From Eledone cirrhosa (taxonomy: Eukaryota): DNA of 64,000 bases. Under the pieces are notes generated by a model, which saw only the letters and a program-made list of their open reading frames with translations, did not search any database and was not told the DNA's origin. Shown here in pieces: positions 12,501 to 25,890 of the stretch; the first letter of the stretch is position 1, and each line of letters begins with the position of its first letter. Where the stretch lies: the NCBI GenBank assembly GCA_964016885.1, contig OZ024740.1:77066001-77130000 (forward strand). Reading direction: 5' to 3'. Position numbers and translations under genes: made by a program.

Positions 12501-15500
12501 GTGTTGGTGGTGGGGCTGGAGTGCTGCTGATGTTGATGTTGGTGTTGTTAGCGATGGTATTGGAGTTGGCGTTGGTGTTGGTGTTGGGGCTGGAGTGTTG
12601 TTGATGTTGATGTTGGTGTTGTTAGCGATGGTATTGGAGCTGGCGTTGGTTTTGGTGGTGGGGCTGGAGTGCTTTTGATGTTGATGTTGGTGTTGTTAGC
12701 GATGGTATTGGAGCTGGCGTTGGTTTTGGTGGTGGGGCTGGAGTGCTGTTCATGTTGATGTTGGTGTTGTTAGCGATGGTATTGGAGCTGGCGTTGGTTT
12801 TGGTGGTGGGGCTGGAGTGCTGTTGATGTTGATGTTGGTGTTGTTAGCGATGGTATTGGAGCTGACGTTGGTTTTGGTGGTGGGGCTGGAGTGCTGTTGA
12901 TGTTGATGTTGGTGTTGTTAGCGATGGTATTGGAGTTGTCGTTGGTGTTAGTGTTTATGGTGGGGCTGGAGTGCTGTTGATGTTGATGTTAGTGTTGTTA
13001 GCGATGGTATGGGAGTTGGTGTTGGTGGTGGGGTTGGAGTGCTGTTGATGTTGATGTTGGTGTTGTTAGCGATGGTTTTGGAGTTGGCGTTGGTGTTGGT
13101 GTTTGTGGTGGGGTTGGAGTGCTGTTGATGTTGATGTTGGTGTTGTTAGCGATGGTATTGGAGTTGGCGTTGGTGTTGGTGTTGGGGCTTGAGTGCTGTT
13201 GATGTTGATGTTGGTGTTGTTAGCGATGGTATTGGTGTTGGCGTTGGTGTTGGTGTTGGTGGTGGGGTTGGAGTGCTGTTGATGTTGATGTTGGTGTTGT
13301 TAGCGATGGTATTGGAGTTGGTGTTGGTGTTGGTGGTGGGGCTGGAGTGCTGTTGATGTTGATGTTGGTGTTGTTAGCGATGGTATTGGAGTTGGTGTTG
13401 GTGTTGGAGTTGGTGTTGGGGCAGGAGTGCTGTTGATGTTGATGTTGGTGTTGTTAGCGATGGTATTGTAGTTGGCGTTCTTGTTGGTGTTGGGGCTGGA
13501 GTGCTGTTGATGTTGATGTTGGTGTTGTTAGCGATTGTAATGGAGTTGGTGTTGGTGTTGGTGGTGGGGCTGGAGTGCTGTTGATGTTGAAGTTGGTGTT
13601 GTTAGCGATGGTATTGGAGGTGGCGTTGGTGTTGGTGGTGGGGCTGGAGTGTTGTTGATATTGATGTTGGTGTTGTTAGCGATGGTATTGGAATTGGTGT
13701 TGGTGTTGGTGGTGGGGCTGGAGTGCTGTTGATGTTGATGTTGGTGTTGTTAGCGATGGTATTGGAGGTGGTGTTGGTGTTGGTGGTGGGCTTGGAGTGC
13801 TGTTGATGTTGATGTTGGTGTTGTTAGCGATGGTATTGGAGTTGGTGTTGGTGTTGGTGGTGGGGCTGGAGTGTTGTTGATGTTGATGTTGGTGTTGTTA
13901 GCGATGGTATTGGAGTTGGTGTTGGTGTTGGTGGTGGGGCGGGAGTGTTGTTGATGTTGATTTTGGTGTTGTTAGCGATGTTATTGGAGGTGGCGTTGGT
14001 GTTGGTGGTGGGGCTGGAGTGCTGTTGATGTTCATGTTGGTGTTGTTAGCGATGGTATTGGAGTTGGTGTTGGTGTTGGTGGTGGGGCTGGAGTGCTGTT
14101 GATGTTGATGTTGGTGTTGTTAGCGATGGTATTGGAGTTGTTGTTGGTGTTGGTGGTGGGGCGGGAGTGTTGTTGATGTTGATTTTGGTGTTGTTAGTGG
14201 TGTTATTGGAGGTGGCGTTGGTGTTGGTGGTGGGGCTGGAGTGCTGTTGATGTTGATGTTGGTGTTGTTAACGATGGTATTGGAGTTGGCGTTGGTGTTG
14301 GTGGTGGGGCTTGAGTGCTGTTGATGTTGATGTTGGTGTTGTTAGCGATTGTATTGGAGTTGGTGTTGGTGTTGGTGGTGGGGCTGGAGTGCTGCTGATG
14401 TTGATGTTGGTGTTGTTAGCGATGGTATTGGAGTTGGTGTTGGAGTTGTGGGTGGGGCTGGAGTGCTGTTGATGTTGATGTTGGTGTTGTTAGCGATGGT
14501 ATTGGAGTTGGTGTTGGTGTTAGTGGTGGGGCTGGAGTGCTGCTGATGTTGATGTTGGTGTTGTTAGCGATGGTATTGGAGTTGGCGTTGGTGTTGGTGT
14601 TGGGGCTGGAGTGCTGTTGATGTTGATGTTGGTGTTGTTAGCGATGGTATTGGAGTTGGTGTTGGTGTTGGTGGTGGGGCTGGAGTGCTGCTGATGTTGA
14701 TGTTGGTGTTGTTAGCGATGGTATTGGAGTTGGCGTTGGTGTTGGTGTTGGGGCTGGAGTGTTGTTGATGTTGATGTTGGTGTTGTTAGCGATGGTATTG
14801 GAGCTGGCGTTGGTTTTGGTGGTGGGGCTGGAGTGCTGTTGATGTTGATGTTGGTGTTGTTAGCGATGGTATTGGAGCTGGCGTTGGTTTTGGTGGTGGG
14901 GCTGGAGTGCTGTTCATGTTGATGTTGGTGTTGTTAGCGATGGTATTGGAGCTGGCGTTGGTTTTGGTGGTGGGGCTGGAGTGCTGTTGATGTTGATGTT
15001 GGTGTTGTTAGCGATGGTATTGGGGCTGACGTTGGTTTTGGTGGTGGGGCTGGAGTGCTGTTGATGTTGATGTTGGTGTTGTTAGCGATGGTATTGGAGT
15101 TGTCGTTGGTGTTAGTGTTTATGGTGGGGCTGGAGTGCTGTTGATGTTGATGTTAGTGTTGTTAGCGATGGTATGGGAGTTGGTGTTGGTGGTGGGGTTG
15201 GAGTGCTGTTGATGTTGATGTTGGTGTTGTTAGCGATGGTATTGGAGTTGGTGTTGGTGTTGGTGGTGGGGCTGGAGTGCTGTTGATGTTGATGTTGGTG
15301 TTGTTAGTGATGGTATTGGAGTTGGTGTTGGAGTTGGTGTTGGGGCTGGAGTGCTGTTGATGTTGATGTTGGTGTTGTTAGCGATGGTATTGGTGTTGGC
15401 GTTGGTGTTGGTGTTGGTGGTGGGGTTGGAGTGCTGTTGATGTTGATGTTGGTGTTGTTAGCGATGGTATGGGAGTTGGTGTTGGTGTTGGTGGTGGGGC

Positions 15501-16900
15501 TGGAGTGTTATTGATATTGATGTTGGTGTTGTTAGCGATGGTATTGGAGTTGGTGTTGGAGTTGGTGTTGGGGCTGGAGTGCTGTTGATGTTGATGTTGG
15601 TGTTGTTAGCGATTGTAATGGAGTTGGTGTCGGTGTTGGTGGTGGGGCTGGAGTGCTGTTGATGTTGATGTTGGTGTTGTTAGCGATGGTATTGGAGTTG
15701 GTGTTGGTGGTGGGGCTGGAGTACTGTTGATGTTGATGTTGGTGTTGTTAGCGATGGTATTGTAGTTGGCGTTGGTGTTGGTGTTGGTGGTGGGGCTGGA
15801 GTGCTGTTGATGTTGATGTTGGTGTTGTTAGCGATGGTATTGGAGTTGGCGTTGGTGTTGGTGGTGGGGCTGGAGTGCTGTTGATGTTGATGTTGGTGTT
15901 GTTAGCGATGGTATTGGAGTTGGCGTTGGTGTTGGTGGTGGGGCTGGAGTGCTGTTGATGTTGATGTTGGTGTTGTTAGCGATGGTATTGGAGTTGGCGT
16001 TGGTGTTGGTGGTGGGGCTGGAGTGCTGTTGATGTTGATGTTGGTGTTGTTAGCGATGGTATTGGAGTTGGCGTTGGTGTTGGTGGTGGGGCTGGAGTGC
16101 TGTTGATGTTGATGTTGGTGTTGTTAGAGATGGTATTGGAGTTGGCGTTGGTGTTGGTGGTGGGGCTGGAGTGCTGTTGATGTTGATGTTGGTGTTGTTA
16201 GCGATGGTATTGGAGTTGACGTTGGTGTTGGTGTTGGTGGTGTGTCGTGTGTGCTGTTCATGTTGATGTTGTGTTGTTAGCGATGGTATTGGAGTTGGTG
16301 TTGGTGTTGGTGTTGGTGGTGGGGCTGGAGTGCTGTTGATGTTGATGTTGGTGTTGTTAGCGATGGTATTGGAGTTGGCGATGGTGTTGCTGGTGGGGCT
16401 GGAGTGCTGTTGATGTTGATGTTGGTGTTGTTAGCGATGGTATTGGAGTTGGTGTTGGTGTTGGAGTTGGTGTTGGTGTTGGAGTTGTTGTTGGGGCAGG
16501 AGTGCTGTTGATGTTGGTGTTGTTAGCGATGGTATTGGAGTTGGTGTTGGTGTTGGAGTTGTTGTTGGGGCAGGAGTGCTGTTGATGTTGGTGTTGTTAG
16601 CGATGGTATTGGAGTTGGCGTTGTTGTTGGTGTTGGGGCTGGAGTGCTGTTGATGTTGATGTTGGTGTTGTTAGCGATTGTAATGGAGTTGGTGTTGGTG
16701 TTGGTGGGGGGCTGGAGTGCTGTTGATGTTGAAGTTGGTGTTGTTAGCGATGGTATTGGAGGTGGCGTTGGTGTTGGTGGTGGGGCTGGAGTGTTGTTGA
16801 TATTGATGTTGGTGTTGTTAGCGATGGTATTGGAGTTGGTGTTGGTGTTGGTGGTGGGGCTGGAGTGCTGTTGATGTTGATGTTGGTGTTGTTAGCGATG
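6400..16900 (+). repeat. Duplicated block of about 4.2 kb (about 6400-10600 and about 12480-16900), offset 6081 then 6303
   Basis: CTTTTGATG at 6591/12672 and GGAATTGG at 7611/13692 give offset 6081. GGGGCTGAC at 8721/15024, TCGTGTGTG at 9942/16245 and identical ORFs 10341/16644 give offset 6303. Confidence 0.88.
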
Positions 16901-19539
16901 GTATTGGAGGTGGTGTTGGTGTTGGTGGTGGGCTTGGAGTGCTGTTGATGTTGATGTTGGTGTTGTTAGCGATGGTATTGGAGTTGGTGTTGGTGTTGGT
17001 GGTGGGGCTGGAGTGTTGTTGATGTTGATGTTGGTGTTGTTAGCGATGGTATTGGAGTTGGTGTTGGTGTTGGTGGTGGGGCGGGAGTGTTGTTGATGTT
17101 GATTTTGGTGTTGTTAGCGACGTTATTGGAGGTGGCGTTGGTGTTGGTGGTGGGGCTGGAGTGCTGTTGATGTTCATGTTGGTGTTGTTAGCGATGGTAT
17201 TGGACTTGGTGTTGGTGTTGGTGGTGGGGCTGGAGTGCTGTTGATGTTGATGTTGGTGTTGTTAGCGATGGTATTGGAGTTGGTGTTGGAGTTGGGGTGG
17301 GGCTGGAGTGCTGTTGATGTTGATGTTGGTGTTGTTAGCGATGGTATTGGAGTTGGTGTTGGTGTTAGTGGTGGGGCTGGAGTGCTGCTGATGTTGATGT
17401 TGGTGTTGTTAGCGATGGTATTGGAGTTGGCGTTGGTGTTGGTGTTGGGGCTGGAGTGCTGTTGATGTTGATGTTGGTGTTGTTAGCGATGGTATTTGAG
17501 TTGGTGTTGGTGTTGTTGGTGGGGCTGGAGTGCTGCTGATGTTGATGTTGGTGTTGTTAGCGATGGTATTGGAGTTGGCGTTGGTGTTGGTGTTGGGGCT
17601 GGAGTGTTGTTGATGTTGATGTTGGTGTTGTTAGCGATGGTATTGGAGCTGGCGTTGGTTTTGGTGGTGGGGCTGGAGTGCTGTTGATGTTGATGTTGGT
17701 GTTGTTAGCGATGGTATTGGAGCTGGCGTTGGTTTTGGTGGTGGGGCTGGAGTGCTGTTCATGTTGATGTTGGTGTTGTTAGCGATGATATTGGAGCTGG
17801 CGTTGGTTTTGGTGGTGGGGCTGGAGTGCTGTTGATGTTGATGTTGGTGTTGTTAGCGATGGTATTGGAGCTGACGTTGGTTTTGGTGGTGGGGCTGGAG
17901 TGCTGTTGATGTTGATGTTGGTGTTGTTAGCGATGGTATTGGAGTTGTCGTTGGTGTTAGTGTTTATGGTGGGGCTGGAGTGCTGTTGATGTTGATGTTA
18001 GTGTTGTTAGCGATGGTATGGGTGTTGGTGTTGGTGGTGGGGTTGGAGTGCTGTTGATGTTGATGTTGGTGTTGTTAGCGATGGTTTTGGAGTTGGCGTT
18101 GGTGTTGGTGTTTGTGGTGGGGTTGGAGTGCTGTTGATGTTGATGTTGGTGTTGTTAGCGATGGTATTGGAGTTGGCGTTGGTGTTGGTGTTGGGGCTTG
18201 AGTGCTGTTGATGTTAATGTTGGTGTTGTTAGCGATGGTATTGGTGTTGGCGTTGGTGTTGGTGTTGGTGGTGGGGTTGGAGTGCTGTTGATGTTGATGT
18301 TGGTGTTGTTAGCGATGGTATTGGAGTTGGTGTTGGTGTTGGTGGTGGGGCTGGAGTGCTGTTGATGTTGATGTTGGTGTTGTTAGTGATGGTATTGGAG
18401 TTGGTGTTGGAGTTGGTGTTGGGGCTGGAGTGCTGTTGATGTTGATGTTGGTGTTGTTAGCGATGGTATTGGTGTTGGCGTTGGTGTTGGTGTTGGTGGT
18501 GGGGTTGGAGTGCTGTTGATGTTGATGTTGGTGTTGTTAGCGATGGTATGGGAGTTGGTGTTGGAGTTGGTGTTGGGGCTGGAGTGCTGTTGATGTTGAT
18601 GTTGGTGTTGTTAGCGATTGTAATGGAGTTGGTGTCGGTGTTGGTGGTGGGGCTGGAGTGCTGTTGATGTTGATGTTGGTGTTGTTAGCGATGGTATTGG
18701 AGGTGGCGTTGGTGTTGGTGGTGGGGCTGGAGTGTTATTTATATTGATGTTGGTGTTGTTAGCGATGGTATTGGAGTTGGTGTTGGTGGTGGGCCTGGAG
18801 TACTGTTGATGTTGATGTTGGTGTTGTTAGCGATGGTATTGTAGTTGGCGTTGGTGTTGGTGTTGGTGGTGGGGCTGGAGTGCTGTTGATGTTGATGTTG
18901 GTGTTGTTAGCGATGGTATTGGAGTTGGTGTTGGTGTTGGTGGTGGGGCTGGAGTGCTGTTGATGTTGATGTTGGTGTTGTTAGAGATGGTATTGGAGTT
19001 GGCGTTGGTGTTGGTGGTGGGGCTGGAGTGCTGTTGATGTTGATGTTGGTGTTGTTAGAGATGGTATTGGAGTTGGCGTTGGTGTTGGTGGTGGGGCTGG
19101 AGTGCTGTTGATGTTGATGTTGGTGTTGTTAGCGATGGTATTGGAGTTGACGTTGGTGTTGGTGTTGGTGGTGTGTCGTGTGTGCTGTTCATGTTGATGT
19201 TGTGTTGTTAGCGATGGTATTGGAGTTGGTGTTGGTGTTGGTGTTGGTGGTGGGGCTGGAGTGCTGTTGATGTTGATGTTGGTGTTGTTAGCGATGGTAT
19301 TGGAGTTGGCGATGGTGTTGCTGGTGGGGCTGGAGTGCTGTTGATGTTGATGTTGGTGTTGTTAGCGATGGTATTGGAGTTGGTGTTGGTGTTGGAGTTG
19401 GTGGTGGTGTTGGAGTTGTTGTTGGGGCAGGAGTGCTGTTGATGTTGATGTTGTTAGCGATGGTATTGGAGTTGGTGTTGGTGTTGGAGTTGTTGTTGGG
19501 GCAGGAGTGCTGTTGATGTTGATGTTGGTGTTGTTAGCG

Positions 19540-20200
19540 ATTGTAATGGAGGTGGCCTTGGTGTTGGTGGTGGGGCTGGAGTGTTGTTGATATTGATGTT
19601 GGTGTTGTTAGCGATGGTATTGGAGTTGGTGTTGGTGTTGGTGGTGGGGCTGGAGTGCTGTTGATGTTGATGTTGGTGTTGTTAGCGATGGTATTGGAGG
19701 TGGTGTTGGTGTTGGTGGTGGGCTTGGAGTGCTGTTGATGTTGATGTTGGTGTTGTTAGCGATGGTATTGGAGGTGGCGTTGGTGTTGGTGGTGGGGCTG
19801 GAGTGTTGTTGATATTGATGTTGGTGTTGTTAGCGATGGTATTGGAGTTGGTGTTGGTGTTGGTGGTGAGGCTGGAGTGCTGTTGATGTTGATGTTGGTG
19901 TTGTTAGCGATGGTATTGGAGGTGGTGTTGGTGTTGGTGGTGGGGTTGGAGTGCTGTTGATGTTGATGTTGGTGTTGTTAGCGATGGTATTGGAGGTGGC
20001 GTTGGTGTTGGTGGTGGGGCTGGAGTGTTGTTGATATTGATGTTGGTGTTGTTAGCGATGGTATTGGAGTTGGTGTTGGTGTTGGTGGTGGGGCTGGAGT
20101 GCTGTTGATGTTGATGTTGGTGTTGTTAGCGATGGTATTGGAGGTGGTGTTGGTGTTGGTGGTGGGCTTGGAGTGCTGTTGATGTTGATGTTGGTGTTGT
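19540..20200 (+). repeat. Local trimeric higher-order repeat, 222 bp x 3
   Basis: The GATATTGATG variant recurs at 19591, 19813 and 20035 with the same order of neighbouring variants. Confidence 0.85.
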
Positions 20201-23200
20201 TAGCGATGGTATTGGAGTTGGTGTTGGTGTTGGTGGTGGGGCTGGAGTGCTGTTGATGTTGATGTTGGTGTTGTTAGCGATGGTATTGGAGTTGGGGTTG
20301 GTGTTGGTGGTGGGGCTGGAGTGCTGTTGATGTTGATGTTGGTGTTGTTAGCGATGGTATTGGAGTTGGTGTTGGTGTTGGTGTTGGTGGTGGGGCTGGA
20401 GTGCTGTTGATGTTGATGTTGGTGTTGTTAGCGATGGTATTGGAGTTGGTGTTGGTGTTGGTGGTGGGGCTGGAGTGCTGTTGATGTTGATGTTGGTGTT
20501 GTTAGCGATGGTATTGGAGTTGGTGTTGGTGTTGGTGGTGGGGCTGGAGTGCTGTTGATGTTGATGTTGGTGTTGTTAGCGATGGTATTGGAGTTGGTGT
20601 TGGTGTTGGTGGTGGGGCGGGAGTGTTGTTGATGTTGATTTTGGTGTTGTTAGTGGTGTTATTGGAGGTGGCGTTGGTGTTGGTGGTGGGGCTGGAGTGC
20701 TGTTGATGTTGATGTTGCTGTTGTTAACGATGGTATTGGAGTTGGCGTTGGTGTTGGTGGTGGGGCTGGAGTGCTGTTGATGTTGATGTTGGTGTTGTTA
20801 GGGATGGTATTGGAGTTTGCGTTGGTGTTGGTGGTGGGGCTGGAGTACTGTTGATGTTGATGTTGGTGTTGTTAGCGATGGTATTGGAGTTGGTGTTGGA
20901 GTTGGTGTTTGGGCTGGAGTGCTGTTGATGTTGATGTTGGTGTTGTTAGCGATGGTATTGGAGTTGGTGTTGGAGTTATGGGTGGGGCTGGAGTGCTGTT
21001 GATGTTGACATTGGTGTTGTTAGCGATGGTATTGGAGTTGGCGTTGGTGTTGGTGTTGGGGCTGGAGTGCTGTTGATGTTGATGTTGGTGTTGTTAGCGA
21101 TGGTATTGGAGTTGGTGTTGGAGTTGTGCGTGGGGCTGGAGTGCTGTTGATGTTGATATTGGTGTTGTTAGCGATGGTATTGGAGTTGGCGTTGGTGTTG
21201 GTGTTGGGGCTGGAGTGCTGTTGATGTTGATGTTGGTGTTGTTAGCGATGGTATTGGAGTTGGTGTTGGTCTTGGTGGTAGGGCTGGAGTGCTGCTGATG
21301 TTGATGTTGGTTTTGTTAGCGATGGTATTGGAGCTGGCGTTGGTTTTGGTGGTGGGGCTGGAGTGCTGTTGATGTTGATGTTGGTGTTGTTAGCGATGGT
21401 ATTGGAGCTGGCGTTGGTTTTGGTGGTGGGGCTGGAGTGCTGTTCATGTTGATGTTGGTGTTGTTAGCGATGGTATTGGAGCTGGCGTTGGTTTTGGTGG
21501 TGGGGCTGGAGTGCTGTTGATGTTGATGTTGGTGTTGTTAGCGATGGTATTGGAGCTGACGTTGGTTTTGGTGGTGGGGCTGGAGTGCTGTTGATGTTGA
21601 TGTTGGTGTTGTTAGCGATGGTATTGGAGTTGTCGTTGGTGTTAGTGTTTATGGTGGGGCTGGAGTGCTGTTGATGTTGATGTTAGTGTTGTTAGCGATG
21701 GTATGGGAGTTGGTGTTGGTGGTGGGGTTGGAGTGCTGTTGATGTTGATGTTGGTGTTGTTAGCGATGGTTTTGGAGTTTGCGTTGGTTTTGGTGTTGGT
21801 GGTGGGGTTGGAGTGCTGTTGATGTTGATGTTGGTGTTGTTAGCGATGGTATTGGAGTTGGCGTTGGTGTTGGTGTTGGGACTTGAGTGCTGTTGATGTT
21901 GATGTTGGTGTTGTTAGTGATAGTATTGGAGTTGGTGTTGGAGTTGGTGTTGGGGCTGGAGTGCTGTTGATGTTGATGTTGGTGTTGTTAGCGATGGTTT
22001 TGGAGTTGGCGTTGGTGTTGGTGTTGGTGGTGGGGTTGGAGTGCCGTTGATGTTGATGTTGGTGTTGTTAGCGATGGTATTGGAGTTGGCGTTGGTGTTG
22101 GTGTTGGGGCTTGAGTGCTGTTGATGTTGATGTTGGTGTTGTTAGTGATAGTATTGGAGTTGGTGTTGGAGTTGGTGTTGGGGCTGGAGTGCTGTTGATG
22201 TTGCTGTTGGTGTTGTTAGCGATGGTTTTGGAGTTGGCGTTGGTGTTGGTGTTGGTGGTGGGGTTGGAGTGCTGTTGATATTGATGTTGGTGTTGTTAGC
22301 GATGGTATTGGAGTTGACGTTGGTGTTGGTGTTGGTGGTGTGTCGTGTGTGCTGTTCATGTTGATGTTGTGATGTTAGCGATGGTATTGGAGTTGGCGTT
22401 GGTGTTGGTGTTGGTGGTGGGGCTGGAGTGCTGTTGATGTTGATGTTGGTGTTGTTATCGATGGTATTGGAGTTGGCGATGGTGTTGCTGGTGGGGCTGG
22501 AGTGCTGTTGATGTTGATGTTGGTGTTGTTAGCAATGGTATTGGAGTTGGCGTTGGTGTTGGTGTTGGTGTTGGGGCTGGAGTGCTGTTGATGTTGATGT
22601 TGGTGTTGTTATCGATGGTATTGGAGTTGGCGATGGTGTAGCTGGTGGGGCTGGAGTGCTGTTGATGTTGATGTTGGTGTTGTTAGCGATGGTATTGGAG
22701 TTGGTGTTGGTGTTGGTGTTGGTGTTGGAGTTGTTGTTGGGGCAGGAGTGCTGTTGATGTTGATGTTGGTGTTGTTAGCGATGGTATTGGAGTTGGTCTT
22801 GGTGTTGGAGTTGGTGTTGGGGCAGGAGTGCTGTTGATGTTGATGTTGGTGTTGTTAGCGATGGTATGGGAGTTGGCGTTGTTGTTGGTGTTGGGGCTGG
22901 AGTGCTGTTGATGTTGATGTTGGTGTTGTTAGCGATTGTAATGGAGTTGGTGTTGGTGTTGGTGGTGGGGCTGGAGTGCTGTTGATATTGATGTTGGTGT
23001 TGTTAGCGATGGTATTGGAGTTGGTGTTGGTGTTGGTGGTGGGGCTGGAGTGCTGTTGATGTTGATGTTGGTGTTGTTAGCGATGGTATTGGAGGTGGTG
23101 TTGGTGTTGGTGGTGGGCTTGGAGTGCTGTTGATGTTGATGTTGGTGTTGTTAGCGATGGTATTGGAGTTGGTGTTGGTGTTGGTGGTGGGGCTGGAGTG

Positions 23201-23730
23201 TTGTTGATGTTGATGTTGGTGTTGTTAGCGATGGTATTGGAGTTGGTGTTGGTGTTGGTGGTGGGGCGGGAGTGTTGTTGATGTTGATTTTGCTGTTGTT
23301 AGCGATGTTATTGGAGGTGGCGTTGGTGTTGGTGTTGGGGCTGGAGTGCTGTTGATGTCGATGTTGGTGTTGTTAGCGATGGTATTGGAGTTGGTGTTGG
23401 TGTTGGTGGTGGGGCTGGAGTGCTGTTGATGTTGATGTTGGTGTTGTTAGCGATGGTATTGGAGTTGGTGTTGGTGTTGGTGGTGGGGCTGGAGTGCTGT
23501 TGATGTTGATGTTGGTGTTGTTAGCGATGGTATTGGAGTTGGTGTTGGTGTTGGTGGTGGGGCGGGAGTGTTGTTGATGTTGATTTTGGTGTTGTTAGCG
23601 ATGGTATTGGAGTTGGCGTTGGTGTTGGTGGTGGTGGTGGGGCTGGAGTGCTGTTGATGTTGATGTTGGTGTTGTTAGCGATGGTATTGGAGTTGGCATT
23701 GGTGTTGGTTGTGGTGGTGGGGCTGGAGTG

Positions 23731-24375
23731 CTCTAGATGTTGAAGTTGGTGTTGTTAGCGATGGTATGGGAGTTGGTGTTGGTGTTGGTGGTGGGGCTGG
23801 AGTGTTGTTGATGTTGATGTTGGTGTTGTGTTGTTAGCGATGGTATTGGAGTTGGTGTTGGTGGTGGGGCTGGAGTGCTCGAGATGTTGATGTTGGTGTT
23901 TTTAGCGATGGTATTGGAGTTGGTGTTGGTGGTGGGGCTGGAGTGCTCTAGATGTTGAAGTTGGTGTTGTTAGCGATGGTATGGGAGTTGGTGTTGGTGT
24001 TGGTGGTGGGGCTGGAGTGTTGTTGATGTTGATGTTGGTGTTGTGTTGTTAGCGATGGTATTGGAGTTGGTATTGGTGGTGGGGCTGGAGTGCTCTAGAT
24101 GTTGATGTTGGTGTTTTTAGCGATGGTATTGGAGTTGGTGTTGTTGGTGGGGCTGGAGTGCTCTAGATGTTGAAGTTGGTGTTGTTAGCGATGGTATGGG
24201 AGTTGGTGTTGGTGTTGGTGGTGGGGCTGGAGTGTTGTTGATGTTGATGTTGGTGTTGTGTTGTTAGCGATGGTATTGGAGTTGGTGTTGGTGGTGGGGC
24301 TGGAGTGCTCTAGATGTTGATGTTGGTGTTTTTAGCGATGGTATTGGAGTTGGTGTTGGTGTTGGTGGTGGGGCT
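23731..24375 (+). repeat. Local trimeric higher-order repeat, 215 bp x 3 (74+73+68)
   Basis: CTCTAGATGTTGAAG at 23731, 23946 and 24161. Each copy carries the 5-bp duplication GTGTTGTGTTGTTAG and the GTTTTTAGCG variant. Confidence 0.88.
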
Positions 24376-24449
24376 GGAGTGCTGTTGATGTTGATGTTGG
24401 TGTTGTTAGCGATGGTATTTGTTGGTGTTGGTGGTGGGGCTGGAGTGCT

Positions 24450-25890
24450 CTAGATGTTGATGTTGGTGCTGTTAGCGATGGTATGGGAGTTGGTGTTGGT
24501 GTTGGTGGTGGGGCTGGAGACTGTTTATGTTGATGTTTGTGTTTTTAGCGATGTCATTGGAGGTGGCGTTGGCGTTGGTGTTGGTGGTGGGGCTGGATTG
24601 CTGGTGATGTTGATGTTGGTGTTGTTAGCGATGGTATTTGTTGGTGTTGGTCGTGGGGCTGGAGTGCTGTTGATGTTGATGTTGGTGTTGTTAGCGATGG
24701 TATTGGAGGTGGCGTTGGTGTTGGTGTTGGTGGTGGGGCTGGAGTGCTGTTGATGTTGATGTTGGTGTTGTTAGCGATGGTATTGGAGGTGGCGTTGGTG
24801 TTGGTGGTGGGACTGGAGTGTTGTTGATATTGATGTTGGTGTTGTTAGCGATGGTATTGGAGTTGGTGTTGGTGTTGGTGGTGGGGCTGGAGTGTTGTTG
24901 ATGTTGATGTTGGTGTTGTTAGCGATGGTATTGGAGTTGGTGTTGCTGTTGGTGGTAGGGCTGGAGTGTTGTTGATGTTGATGTTGGTGTTGTTAGCGAT
25001 GGTATTGGAGTTGGTGTTGGTGTTGGTGGTGGGGCGGGAGTGTTGTTGATGTTGATTTTGGTGTTGTTAGCGATGTTATTGGAGGTGGCTTTGGTGTTGG
25101 TGTTGGGGCTGGAGTGCTGTTGATGTTGATGTTGGTGTTGTTAGCGATGGTATTGGAGTTGGTGTTGGTGTTGGTGGTGGGGCGGGAGTGTTGTTGATGT
25201 TGATTTTGGTGTTGTTAGTGATGTTATTGGAGGTGGCGTTGGTGTTGGTGGTGGGGCTGGAGTGCTGTTGATGTTGATGTTGGTGTTGTTAGCGATGGTA
25301 TTGGAGTTGGAGGTGGCGTTGGTGCTGGTGGTGGCGCTGGAGTGCTGTTGATGTTGATGGTGTGTTGTTAGCGATGGTATTGGAGTTGACGTTGGTGTTG
25401 GTTTTAGTTGTGGGGCTGGAGTGCTGTTGATGTTGATGTTGTGTTGTTAGCGATGGTATTGGAGTTGGTGTTGGTGGTGGGGCTGGAGTGCTCTAGATGT
25501 TGATGTTGGTGTTCTTAGCGATGGTATTGGAGTTGGTGTTGGTGGTGGGGCTGGAGTGCTCTAGATGTTGATGTTGGTGTTTTTAGCGATGGTATTGGAG
25601 TTGGTGTTGGTGGTGGGGCTGGAGTGCTCTAGATGTTGATGTTGGTGCTGTTAGCGATGGTATGGGAGTTGGTGTTGGTGTTGGTGTTGGTGGTGGGGCT
25701 GGAGACTGTTTATGTTGATGTTTGTGTTTTTAGCGATGTCATTGGAGGTGGCGTTGGCGTTGGTGTTGGTGGTGGGGCTGGATTGCTGGTGATGTTGATG
25801 TTGGTGTTGTTAGCGATGGTATTTGTTGGTGTTGGTCGTGGGGCTGGAGTGCTGTTGATGTTGATGTTGGTGTTGTTAGCGATGGTATTT
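24450..25890 (+). repeat. Two copies of a more diverged monomer group, offset about 1179
   Basis: GGAGACTGTTTATGTTGATGTTTGTGTTTTTAGCGATGTCATTGG...GGATTGCTGGTG...GGTCGTGG appears near 24516 and 25701. ORFs 24454 and 25633 are near-identical. Confidence 0.85.

Larger units (their letters stand above)
1..23600 (+). repeat. Subdomain A: irregular higher-order repeat of about 2-3.7 kb defined by an ordered cassette of variant monomers
   Basis: The cassette (about 3 x GGAGCTGGCGTTGGTTTT, then GCTGAC, then GTCGTTGGTGTTAGTGTTTATGG, then TATGGG) recurs with GTCG at 1522, 3931, 6857, 8799, 10979, 12938, 15102, 17947 and 21632. A second marker, TCGTGTGTGCTGTTCATG, is at 1851, 5000, 9942, 12048, 16245, 19176 and 22343. 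Confidence 0.9.
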
